DNA from: Leptolyngbya sp. SIOISBB
GTDB lineage: Bacteria > Cyanobacteriota > Cyanobacteriia > Phormidesmidales > Phormidesmidaceae
Length of the DNA stretch: 64,000 nucleotides
Direction of reading: 5' to 3'
NCBI GenBank assembly: GCA_010671905.1
Contig: JAAHII010000001.1
Span: 6,098,026-6,162,025 of the forward strand
Below, one piece after another: positions 30,054-38,464 of the stretch; position 1 is the first letter of the stretch; each line of letters opens with the position of its first letter. Position numbers and translations under genes: made by a program. Below the pieces are notes generated by a model, which searched no databases, was not told the origin of the DNA, and saw only the letters and a program-made list of their open reading frames with translations.

Positions 30054-30440
30054 TTAGGCAGAAAGAGACTCAGAACCGACTAATATGTTCGGATCCATGG
30101 CGCAGTTGCAAGATTCCTGTTCAAGCCATTGCTCTCCCAATTGCTTGAGAGACATCATCACGGGCTGAATTTCAAACCCCTTCTCAGTCAGAGAATATTC
30201 CACTCGAGGTGGCACCTCTGGAAAAACCTTTCTGTCGACGAGACCATAACTTTCAAGTTCTCTTAGACGTGCGGTTAGGGTTTTAGTACTAATGCCCGGC
30301 AGGGCTTCTAGGAATTCGTGAGTGCGGCGGCTGCCTGAAAAGAGTTCTCGCAAAATGAGAATCGCCCATTTACTGCCCACAATTTCCAGCACAAATTGAA
30401 TTGGGCAACGCATTTCTTTGCACTGAGTTTGGTGTTCCAT
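30054..30440 (-). CDS. HxlR family transcriptional regulator
   Basis: CPIQFVLEIVGSKWAILILRELF...RVEYSLTEKG, a canonical HxlR winged helix. Confidence 0.9.
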   Translation of the reverse strand: MEHQTQCKEMRCPIQFVLEIVGSKWAILILRELFSGSRRTHEFLEALPGISTKTLTARLRELESYGLVDRKVFPEVPPRVEYSLTEKGFEIQPVMMSLKQLGEQWLEQESCNCAMDPNILVGSESLSA

Positions 30441-30662
30441 AATTCTTTAAGGGAAGCCCAGGGTAAGTACAGCCATAAATGACAATATTAGCGATCATCA
30501 TGGCTGCAGCATGGCAGAAACCCTCAAGACACCCCAGTTCTTTTTATTTTTCAGTGGCATTAAAATGACTGAAATGTTACAAGGTATAACTTGAAGCGAG
30601 GTCTTGGCAGATTACCTGACGACATAGTTGCTGCTCTCAGGCTGAGTTTTGTTCGCTATTAG

Positions 30663-31103
30663 TTAAGTCGGCTGAGCTGCTAGTGATTGCCAATGCCAAG
30701 CGCTTGGAGCGTCAAGGGAACCTTCCACTTCTAACAGCTGCCATGGCTCGCCTTCAGCAGACTCGTGCAAGATGAGGGAAAAGGGAATCTGTGACTTTTG
30801 TAGCGGCGATCGCTGAGGATAACGCAACTTATATCGATAGGTTCCCGTGACTTCGTACGCTAACTCGCCAGCCGCACGCACCTGCCGCACCCGCTGTACC
30901 TGTACGCGACTGACAGATAGCTGGGGTAGCGAAGCTTCCTCTGGCGACAACTGCCGCCAGAGGTTAACTTGTTCTTGCTGAGCCTGTCGCGCGACTGCCT
31001 CAGTCACAATATGGTGAGGAATCGCTGCCTTTAACTGCCCGCACCCAGTCAAACCGACCAGCAACAGTAGCGTGATCAGCCAAGTCTTTAAACGCTTAAT
31101 CAT
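30663..31103 (-). CDS. Lipoprotein of unknown function
   Basis: Signal peptide with lipobox LLLLVGLTGC. Overlaps the upstream permease gene by 8 nt. Confidence 0.55.
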   Translation of the reverse strand: MIKRLKTWLITLLLLVGLTGCGQLKAAIPHHIVTEAVARQAQQEQVNLWRQLSPEEASLPQLSVSRVQVQRVRQVRAAGELAYEVTGTYRYKLRYPQRSPLQKSQIPFSLILHESAEGEPWQLLEVEGSLDAPSAWHWQSLAAQPT

Positions 31104-32241
31104 AAGACTGCAGACTCCGAGGATCTAACGCATCCCGCAACCCATCACCGAGTAAATTGAATGACAACACTGTCAACACAATCAGAATTGCGGGCGGCCA
31201 GATCAACCAGGGATTGAGCACCAGAATCGAGGCATTACTCGCTAAAGACAACATGTTGCCCCATGAAGGATCCGGCTGTTGAATGCCTAGACCAATCAGA
31301 CTCAGTACCGCCTCTGCCACAATAAAACTGGGAATGGCCAGCGTCGCCGAAATAATCACATAGGTCGCTGTCTGGGGCAAAATATGCCGCACGATAATGT
31401 AAATCGATTGTCCCCCCATCGCTTGAGACGCCGTCACAAAGGTTTGTGATTTCAACGCGAGCACCTGCCCTCGAACGACTCGGGCCAGGCTGGTCCAGCG
31501 CACAAACGAGGTGATGAGGATAATGAGCAAAAAGCGTTGAGTACTCGAGAGCGTTGCTGGTAACACCGCTGCTAACGCCACCAATAAAAAGATGGCGGGA
31601 ATGGTCATGATGACTTCTACTAAGCGCATGAGAACGGCATCAATCCAGCCGCCAAAGTAGCCCGCCAGACCACCGACCAACATGCCTAAGGGAAAGGACA
31701 AAGCGATCCCGATTAGGCCAATGCTCAAACTAATGCGCCCACCATAAATTAGGCGGCTCAATTGATCGCGAGCTTGTTCGTCAGTCCCCAGAATATTCCA
31801 GCGACCCGGGCCCACAGTGCCGAATAGATGAACATTGCCGGAAATCCCTGGCAGTATCTCAACTTCGTCAAAGCTGGGTTCTGATAATGAAAATTTTGTT
31901 GGCAGTGGCAGTTCTAACCGTAGCCAGCGGTACTCATCCCCTTTGACCAACAAGCGAATCGGACTTGGCTGCTCAAAGTCAATAAAGACCTCACGCTCTC
32001 CGGTTTCAATCGAGACAGGTCCCTGAGTCGTGGGGTAAACATGCGGGCCAAGGAATTCTCCGGTGGTTTGATGACGCCAGTAAACTGCGGTGGGCGGCAG
32101 CAGAGAGGCACTCGGCTCAGAAAAGTAAGGATCATAGGGGGCAGTAAATTCTGCCAAAAAGACGATCAGGTAAAACATCAGCAGGATGAGTGCTCCCACC
32201 TGCGCCAGAGAATTCTTGCGAAGCTTTTGCCACCAGGTCAT
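31096..32241 (-). CDS. ABC transporter permease, oligopeptide/dipeptide (OppC/DppC-like)
   Basis: N-terminal anchor, periplasmic insert, then the permease core with an EAA-like loop (VTASQAMGGQSIYIIVRHILP). Confidence 0.85.
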   Translation of the reverse strand: MTWWQKLRKNSLAQVGALILLMFYLIVFLAEFTAPYDPYFSEPSASLLPPTAVYWRHQTTGEFLGPHVYPTTQGPVSIETGEREVFIDFEQPSPIRLLVKGDEYRWLRLELPLPTKFSLSEPSFDEVEILPGISGNVHLFGTVGPGRWNILGTDEQARDQLSRLIYGGRISLSIGLIGIALSFPLGMLVGGLAGYFGGWIDAVLMRLVEVIMTIPAIFLLVALAAVLPATLSSTQRFLLIILITSFVRWTSLARVVRGQVLALKSQTFVTASQAMGGQSIYIIVRHILPQTATYVIISATLAIPSFIVAEAVLSLIGLGIQQPDPSWGNMLSLASNASILVLNPWLIWPPAILIVLTVLSFNLLGDGLRDALDPRSLQSYD

Positions 32242-32259
32242 GCCAGTCTCAGGGGTGAA

Positions 32260-33108
32260 TTAGGTTGGAACAACGCTTTTTTCGTTTTCAACCATAAACA
32301 CATTTGAGTATAGGTTGGCAATGATTTGTTTGCCTTCTTGGGTCAAAGATAAGTACCGTAAACCGTCCTGAATGTAAGGATGTACAACGTTCCAGTAAAA
32401 CTTGGGATAGTTATGCTTGAGATCGTCGGGGTGACGGTAGTTCAGGTACTTGTTTTGCCCAGTTTCTTCAAATTCATAAAATAGCGCCCCAATTTTCTTG
32501 AGGTACCGGGGATCGCTCAGTTGCCCGATCAGGTCAGCAGCTCTTACTAATCCTGGAAAATAGCGAGTATCTTGATGGTCTTCTTCTTTAGGTACGGGGA
32601 AGCGGGTAAGTTCGACATTGCGCTTGATGATGTCGGCGTCAATGATGCGATTTTTGCCAAAGCGTTCGGCGATAAAGAGTTTGCCGCGATCGACATGATA
32701 GGGCGTGAGCGAGGCGTCTGACGCCCCAGGGCTGAGCTCTACCATCTCTTCGCCGTTGCCAGTGGCATATAGATGTTCGCGATCGCGATCCATCCGGCAG
32801 ACCCCTTTGACATAGCCGATGTCGTGACAGACCAAAGAGATGATGAAATGAAGCCAATCTTCGGTGCCGACGCCGCCTTCGCGAATCTGTTTGCCGCGCA
32901 AAATCTCCTGGCCCACCAGTGTCACCAAAATCGTATGTTCTACGTTGTGGTAAAGCGCATCGCTGTTGGCAATATTCTCTAACGCCATGCTGCCAGCCCA
33001 AGCAATGATGTCTTCGTAATCAGGATTTAAGCCGCCGTAGGTACGGTGGTATCCAGCGCGCAGCTTTTCGACGAAATCAGAGATCAGAATCTCAGTTGCA
33101 TTAAACAT
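32260..33108 (-). CDS. HD-domain metal-dependent phosphohydrolase (paralog 1)
   Basis: YHNVEH ... VCHDIGYVKG HD signature. About 65 percent identical by eye to the ORF at 54868-55734. Confidence 0.7.
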   Translation of the reverse strand: MFNATEILISDFVEKLRAGYHRTYGGLNPDYEDIIAWAGSMALENIANSDALYHNVEHTILVTLVGQEILRGKQIREGGVGTEDWLHFIISLVCHDIGYVKGVCRMDRDREHLYATGNGEEMVELSPGASDASLTPYHVDRGKLFIAERFGKNRIIDADIIKRNVELTRFPVPKEEDHQDTRYFPGLVRAADLIGQLSDPRYLKKIGALFYEFEETGQNKYLNYRHPDDLKHNYPKFYWNVVHPYIQDGLRYLSLTQEGKQIIANLYSNVFMVENEKSVVPT

Positions 33109-33588
33109 GCCGATGCCTACCTAAACGTTCCAAAACCATTGACCGCCATCGTTTCAGGAACCCTTCCGTCAAGATGTTAATGAGTATAGCGATAGTCTTC
33201 GTGCAATCACCCATGTCTTAAAGGAATTTGGGGCAAAGTCGTTGTCAAACGCTTGCATTGGCTCCCTTAACTACCTTTTCCCTGCTTGCTAGTAAAGACT
33301 GATGGGCGATCGCAAAGATTCATATCTGTCATTCCAGCAGGGACGGGGTGCAATGTGTGTGATTTCGGTCAGTATAGGTCGCTCTCAGTGTTCCCAGAGC
33401 GCTAAAGCACATATCGGCTGGTCTTAAGACGCAGGGGATTTTTGACGTTGGGACCGAGCGCAGCGATAGGTCCTCTTAATGGAGATTGCTTTCCCGCAAC
33501 CAGAAATAAACCAAGGTGCATGAAGACTGCCGATATTGGCGCTGCCGACATCTAAAGGTAAGCGCTATTTGCTGGATGTCACTGAACC

Positions 33589-33849
33589 TTATGGTGCGTT
33601 ACCTATTTAATCCCAGAAACCTTGAGGGCCAAGCATGACCGCGCCCGCATTCATTCAACAATCTAGGGCGCGTCATCAATTAAACTCGAAAACCTTGCGG
33701 TATAAGCATTACCGCGCCCGCTCTGTAAATCTAGCTAGGGGCTGAACCGCTTTCTGCATCAGGATTCAGGTTCTCAATGATGATAGCCCCTAGAGCCTAT
33801 CGTTCTTTTTGTTGAAAGAATTTGACCAACCCCGGATGACAGGCCCTAA
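33589..33849. mobile_element. Nested/tandem cluster of MITE units of the same family
   Basis: A diverged unit (33589-33662), a unit starting ctagggcgcgtcatcaattaa at 33663, a 59-bp mini-element ctaggggct...agcccctag (33735-33793), and a terminal unit ending gatgacaggccctaa (33849). Confidence 0.75.
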
Positions 33850-33970
33850 AGGCTGTGCATCCGAAGTTGGGGCGATGACAAATCCCTTGGGTGCTGACGG
33901 CCTCAATTTTGGTAGAAATAACTATAATAGAGAGAACTTTGATTCGCTTATTCCACTAAAAGTATTGCCC

Positions 33971-34936
33971 GTGTTTACAACTGCTCTCCCGAAATCTGAT
34001 TCTGCTACTACGCCACTAGACCTATTTGCCGCTATTTCTGAGCTCAAACACGAGCTAAATGCCGTGATCTTGGCCCATTACTATCAGGAATCTGATATTC
34101 AAGACATTGCCGACTATATTGGCGATTCTTTAGGGTTGTCGCGGCAGGCAGCGGCAACGGATGCAGACGTGATTGTCTTCGCTGGGGTTCACTTTATGGC
34201 GGAAACGGCCAAAATTTTGAACCCAGACAAGCTTGTACTTCTGCCTGATCTAAACGCGGGCTGCTCGTTAGCCGACACTTGCCCCCCAGAACAATTTGCC
34301 GCCTTTAAAGCGCAGCACCCTGATCATATTGTGGTGTCTTACATTAACTGCTCAGCTGAAATCAAAGCCATGAGCGATATTATCTGCACCAGTGCCAATG
34401 CGGTGGGCCTGATTGAACAAATTCCGACCAGTCAACCCATCATCTTTGCGCCGGACAAAAATCTTGGTCGCTACGTGATGCAGCAAACAGGACGTGAACT
34501 CGTGTTGTGGCAGGGCAGTTGCATGGTGCACGAGACCTTTTCAGAAAAAAAGTTGGTGCAGCTCAAAATCACCCATCCAGAGGCAGAGATTATTGCTCAC
34601 CCTGAGTGCGAGGAGCCCGTGCTGCATCATGCTGACTTCATTGGGTCAACGACGGCGCTGTTGAAGTACGTTAAGGGCAGCGATCGCACCCAATTTGTCG
34701 TCGTCACTGAGCCTGGCATCATTCACCAAATGGAAAAGCAGGTACCCAACAAGCAATTTATTCCGGCCCCCTCGACCGGCAACTGTGCCTGCAACGAATG
34801 CCCGCATATGCGACTCAACACCCTCGAAAAGCTTTATTTGGCGATGAAAAATCGACAGCCCGAAATCACCATGCCAGAAGCAACTCGACTGGCCGCCCTC
34901 AGGCCGATTGAAGCAATGCTACGGATGAGTCAGTAG
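33971..34936 (+). CDS. nadA: Quinolinate synthase
   Basis: [43 protein letters not shown] and CSLAD motifs. GTG 33971 (VFTTALP...) fits NadA N-termini; the upstream part of the ORF is MITE sequence. Confidence 0.92.
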   Translation: MFTTALPKSDSATTPLDLFAAISELKHELNAVILAHYYQESDIQDIADYIGDSLGLSRQAAATDADVIVFAGVHFMAETAKILNPDKLVLLPDLNAGCSLADTCPPEQFAAFKAQHPDHIVVSYINCSAEIKAMSDIICTSANAVGLIEQIPTSQPIIFAPDKNLGRYVMQQTGRELVLWQGSCMVHETFSEKKLVQLKITHPEAEIIAHPECEEPVLHHADFIGSTTALLKYVKGSDRTQFVVVTEPGIIHQMEKQVPNKQFIPAPSTGNCACNECPHMRLNTLEKLYLAMKNRQPEITMPEATRLAALRPIEAMLRMSQ

Positions 34937-34998
34937 CGGCTCGTAGAAGAACCGGGCCAACGTTAATGTCAGCTCATATCTTCATATTTCACAGGTTC

Positions 34999-35130
34999 CT
35001 AGGGCGCGTCATCCATTAATCCCAGAAACCTTGAGGAATCAGCATGACCGCGCCCGCATCTCCTGCACAGGCTAGGGGCTGCTGCCCTTGCCCAGCCAGG
35101 GTTTGACCGCTAAATGATGACAGCCCCTAA
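34999..35130. mobile_element. 132-bp MITE, same family and orientation as 29889-30019
   Basis: ctagggcgcgtcatccattaatccc ... ctaaatgatgacagcccctaa, with an internal ctaggggctg at 35071. Confidence 0.8.
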
Positions 35131-35239
35131 ATCTCTACGATACAAAAGTCCAGAAATGCCACTCTGGTTTTGTGCTGTAATATCCCAACGGTGGCTTAGG
35201 TAATGCTGCTGGAAGCCACGTCTTTCTGGGAAACAGGGT

Positions 35240-36154
35240 ATGGGAGAGTTGGAAATTGAGAGCGGCGGGCTCACTGCTGAGGAGACGCAACTGGATGCGG
35301 TCTCAGTCGTGGTTCCCGTGTTTAATGAAGAAGATGGGGTCGCTCAAACCCTGAACGAGTTGCATCGAGTCCTAAGGCAAACGGGTTATACCTACGAGAT
35401 TGTGGTGGTGGACGACGGTTCTCGCGATCACACGGCAGAGATTCTCATTGCGCGATCGGATATTCATTTGCTACAGCACCGCCGCAACCGTGGTTACGGA
35501 GCGGCTCTGAAAACGGGTATTGCCCATGCCAAGTACCCCTTAGTGGCCATTACTGATGCAGATGGCACTTATCCGAACGATCGCCTTTCAGAACTCATTG
35601 CGCTGACCCAAGAAGCTGACATGGTAGTCGGTGCCCGTACAGGGGCTAATGTCACCTATTCCAAATTACGCAGCATTCCTAAGTACTTCCTAGTCGCTTT
35701 TGCTCAATGGATTGCGCAGCAGCCGATCCCAGATATCAACAGCGGTATGCGGGTGTTTCGAACCAGTGTGCTTAAAAAGTTTTTGGGAATTTTGCCAGAC
35801 ACATTTAGCTTTACCACCACCATCACGCTGGCGATGCTGACCAATAACTATGTGGTGCACTATCATCCCATCGATTACTTTCACCGCCAGGGCCGTAGCA
35901 AGATCAAGCCGATTCGCGATACGTTGCGGTTTGTACAGCTGATTTTGCGGACCGGGGTCTACTTTGCACCACTGCGCATCTTTCTACCGATCGCGGGTTT
36001 GTTTTTTGGGGCGTTTGGGGTATCGCTGCTGATCGACATTCTGGTCTTGCAAGACATCACCGACACCACTCTGCTGATGTTTGTCACCGCTATTCAAATC
36101 ACTATCTTCGCGCTGCTGGCAGACATGATTGATAAACGCACCACCCGGTTCTAG
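35240..36154 (+). CDS. Glycosyltransferase family 2 (polyprenol-phosphate glycosyltransferase-like)
   Basis: VVVPVFNEEDG, VVVDDGSRDHT and ITDADGTYP motifs. Two C-terminal TM helices. Confidence 0.88.
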   Translation: MGELEIESGGLTAEETQLDAVSVVVPVFNEEDGVAQTLNELHRVLRQTGYTYEIVVVDDGSRDHTAEILIARSDIHLLQHRRNRGYGAALKTGIAHAKYPLVAITDADGTYPNDRLSELIALTQEADMVVGARTGANVTYSKLRSIPKYFLVAFAQWIAQQPIPDINSGMRVFRTSVLKKFLGILPDTFSFTTTITLAMLTNNYVVHYHPIDYFHRQGRSKIKPIRDTLRFVQLILRTGVYFAPLRIFLPIAGLFFGAFGVSLLIDILVLQDITDTTLLMFVTAIQITIFALLADMIDKRTTRF

Positions 36155-36208
36155 CTAACAGCCAACTGCTTGAAATGGCTTGCATGGTGGAGGCGCTTCT
36201 GAAAGAGA

Positions 36209-36340
36209 CTAGGGACTGGCACCATTTAGCTGCCAAAGCCTTGCAGCGAGAGGAAAGCCGCCACTAGCTGATTGAGTGCATACGGGTGCGGTAGTATTGC
36301 ATCCTAAAAACTTCTGAAGTTAATCGATGACGCGTCTTAG
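36209..36340. mobile_element. 132-bp MITE carrying both termini of the IS5-family element
   Basis: Left end ctagggactggcaccatttag (19/21 to the IS left end). Right end ttaatcgatgacgcgtcttag (17/22 to the IS right end). Confidence 0.75.
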
Positions 36341-36344
36341 AGGC

Positions 36345-36506
36345 TTAGCCGAGAACTTTAATTCGCCCTGTCTGCACGGCATCAAACAGGCGGTTAATTT
36401 GCTGTATTTCTTGATCATCTACATTGCCATCCGCCAGCACCAATTGCGAGAGATGCTGATATTGCTGATGGGTAATTTTTCTCGACGTCATCAGCTGGTC
36501 AACCAT
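36345..36506 (-). CDS. Small hypothetical protein (53 aa)
   Basis: MVDQLMTSRKITHQQYQHLSQLVLADGNVDDQEIQQINRLFDAVQTGRIKVLG. The internal ATG is preferred, because the ORF-track start lies in a structured region. Confidence 0.4.
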   Translation of the reverse strand: MVDQLMTSRKITHQQYQHLSQLVLADGNVDDQEIQQINRLFDAVQTGRIKVLG

Positions 36507-36954
36507 TGTGGTCAAAGTTTGTGCCCCTTTCAATACCCCCTGACACGATATCCTCCTGGGATTGCATTGCAATTTCGAGTTGTGACTTGGAGTCGTCTCA
36601 TCCTCACTGATTTCTGACTCTTGAGTTTCAGCAACGATATATTTACTTAATTTATACGAATTGATCCCCTGTCGGTCAAATACTTCATGTGCTTTATTAT
36701 CTGCTCTTCATCAGCAAGAGAATTTGATTGTCAATGTCAGGTAATAGTGACGTTATAAAGCATGATTGTCTGCTTGAAGAAATGCTGATCTCGGCTTGGA
36801 AAATAGCTGATTTTGGCTTTTTATTAATCGCTCCAGTCTGATTTCTGCCGTGGATCTGTGAGGTGCCGTCAGGTCGTCAAGACCGTCATTCAGTCTTCTC
36901 TAGTCCTACCAGGATTTTGGGCAAGCTGGTGGCAGGTGCATCAGCAGTAAAGTT

Positions 36955-38400
36955 GTGACTGAATTACTGTTACCCAATTTAGCGATCGCTCAAGCCCGCC
37001 TGCAGGAAATCTGGGGCTATTCAACCTTTCGCCCGCCTCAAGATACGGTGATTCAAGCCTTGCTGCAGCATCAAGATGCCCTGATTATTCTGCCGACTGG
37101 CGGTGGTAAGTCCCTTTGCTTTCAACTACCGGCACTGTTGCAAACAGGGCTAACGTTAGTGGTCTCTCCACTGGTGGCCCTGATGGAGAATCAGGTGCAA
37201 GAGCTGCGCGATCGCCAACTACCGGCAGCGACGCTCCACAGCGAACTCTCCAGACGTGAAAAATTCAGAGTGCTAAAAGCATTAGAGCACCAGCGCCTGC
37301 GCTTACTGTATCTCTCACCAGAAACATTGTTGAGTCCACCGATTTGGAAGCAGTTAACGCGCCCTGATTTGCTGATCAACGGGCTGGTATTGGACGAAGC
37401 CCACTGTTTAGCGCAGTGGGGTGATACCTTTCGTCCGGCCTACCGACGATTAGGCGCTGTCCGTCAAGCGTTAGAGCACAGTAAGTCGAGTCGCACCAAA
37501 ATTCCGATCGCGGCGTTTACTGCTACTGCCGACGCTAAAGTGCAAAAGATCATTCGTTCAACGTTGCAGTTGCGATCGCCGGAGGTCGTGCGACTCAGTC
37601 CGTATCGAGCCAATCTGACCTTGGCTATTCGCACCGTTTACACTCCCCGTGGACGCAAACAGCAACTTCTCAAGTTGGTGCAGCAGCAGCCACAAACGGG
37701 ATTGGTGTATGTGCGCACCCGTCGCGACAGTGAGGCGTTGGCTGATTGGCTGCGGCAGCAGGGCCATCGAGCAGTGGGCTATCATGCGGGGCTATCGGCG
37801 AGCGATCGCCGCATGCGGGAACAGGCTTGGATGAACAATCGAGTCCCGATTGTGGTCGCCACCAATGCTTTTGGCATGGGGATCAACAAATCTGACGTCC
37901 GCTGGATTCTCCATTACCACGTCCCGACGTTGCTCGCAGAATACGTGCAAGAGATTGGTCGTGCTGGACGCGATGGCCAGCCAGCAGAGGCTGTGTCGCT
38001 GGTGAGTGAACGGACGGGTTTGCTCGATCCGACAGACCGGCAGCGATCGCAATTTTTTCGTCGTCAGACCCAGCAACTGCAAGAGCAAGCGTTGAAACTC
38101 AGTCAGAAAATTCCGGCAGTCGGGAGTCTGATCGACGTTCGCAATCAGCATAAGGAAGGGGCGATCGCTCTTTCTTCTCTTCACAGTCAAGGATTGCTGG
38201 AATGGACCGACCCATTTCATTACCGGCTCAAACCGCCATCACCAGACTTTTCGCCAATTACGCCATCGACTGATCAAGCCATGCAGAAATTCCTGCATAG
38301 TCACGGTTGTCGCTGGCAACTCCTCATTCAACAATTTGGATTTCGACATGCAGACCAAACTGACTGGCGATGTGAGCACTGCGATAATTGTCAGCGATGA
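36955..38400 (+). CDS. recQ: ATP-dependent DNA helicase, RecQ family (short form)
   Basis: TGGGKSLCFQLPA, VLDEAHC, ATNAFGMGINK and the Zn-binding CRWQ...CEHCDNC region. Confidence 0.9.
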   Translation: MTELLLPNLAIAQARLQEIWGYSTFRPPQDTVIQALLQHQDALIILPTGGGKSLCFQLPALLQTGLTLVVSPLVALMENQVQELRDRQLPAATLHSELSRREKFRVLKALEHQRLRLLYLSPETLLSPPIWKQLTRPDLLINGLVLDEAHCLAQWGDTFRPAYRRLGAVRQALEHSKSSRTKIPIAAFTATADAKVQKIIRSTLQLRSPEVVRLSPYRANLTLAIRTVYTPRGRKQQLLKLVQQQPQTGLVYVRTRRDSEALADWLRQQGHRAVGYHAGLSASDRRMREQAWMNNRVPIVVATNAFGMGINKSDVRWILHYHVPTLLAEYVQEIGRAGRDGQPAEAVSLVSERTGLLDPTDRQRSQFFRRQTQQLQEQALKLSQKIPAVGSLIDVRNQHKEGAIALSSLHSQGLLEWTDPFHYRLKPPSPDFSPITPSTDQAMQKFLHSHGCRWQLLIQQFGFRHADQTDWRCEHCDNCQR

Positions 38401-38464
38401 ATTTATGTGCGATCTGACCGCATAAATCAAGTAAAGGTCGCGATAATTTTCCTGTGATTGGGAA

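Noticed and set aside
33809-33970. N-terminal 54 codons of the ORF-track nadA
   Set aside because: The first residues are encoded by the MITE terminal unit, and the rest does not resemble NadA N-termini. I moved the start to GTG 33971, with ATG 33875 as an alternative.
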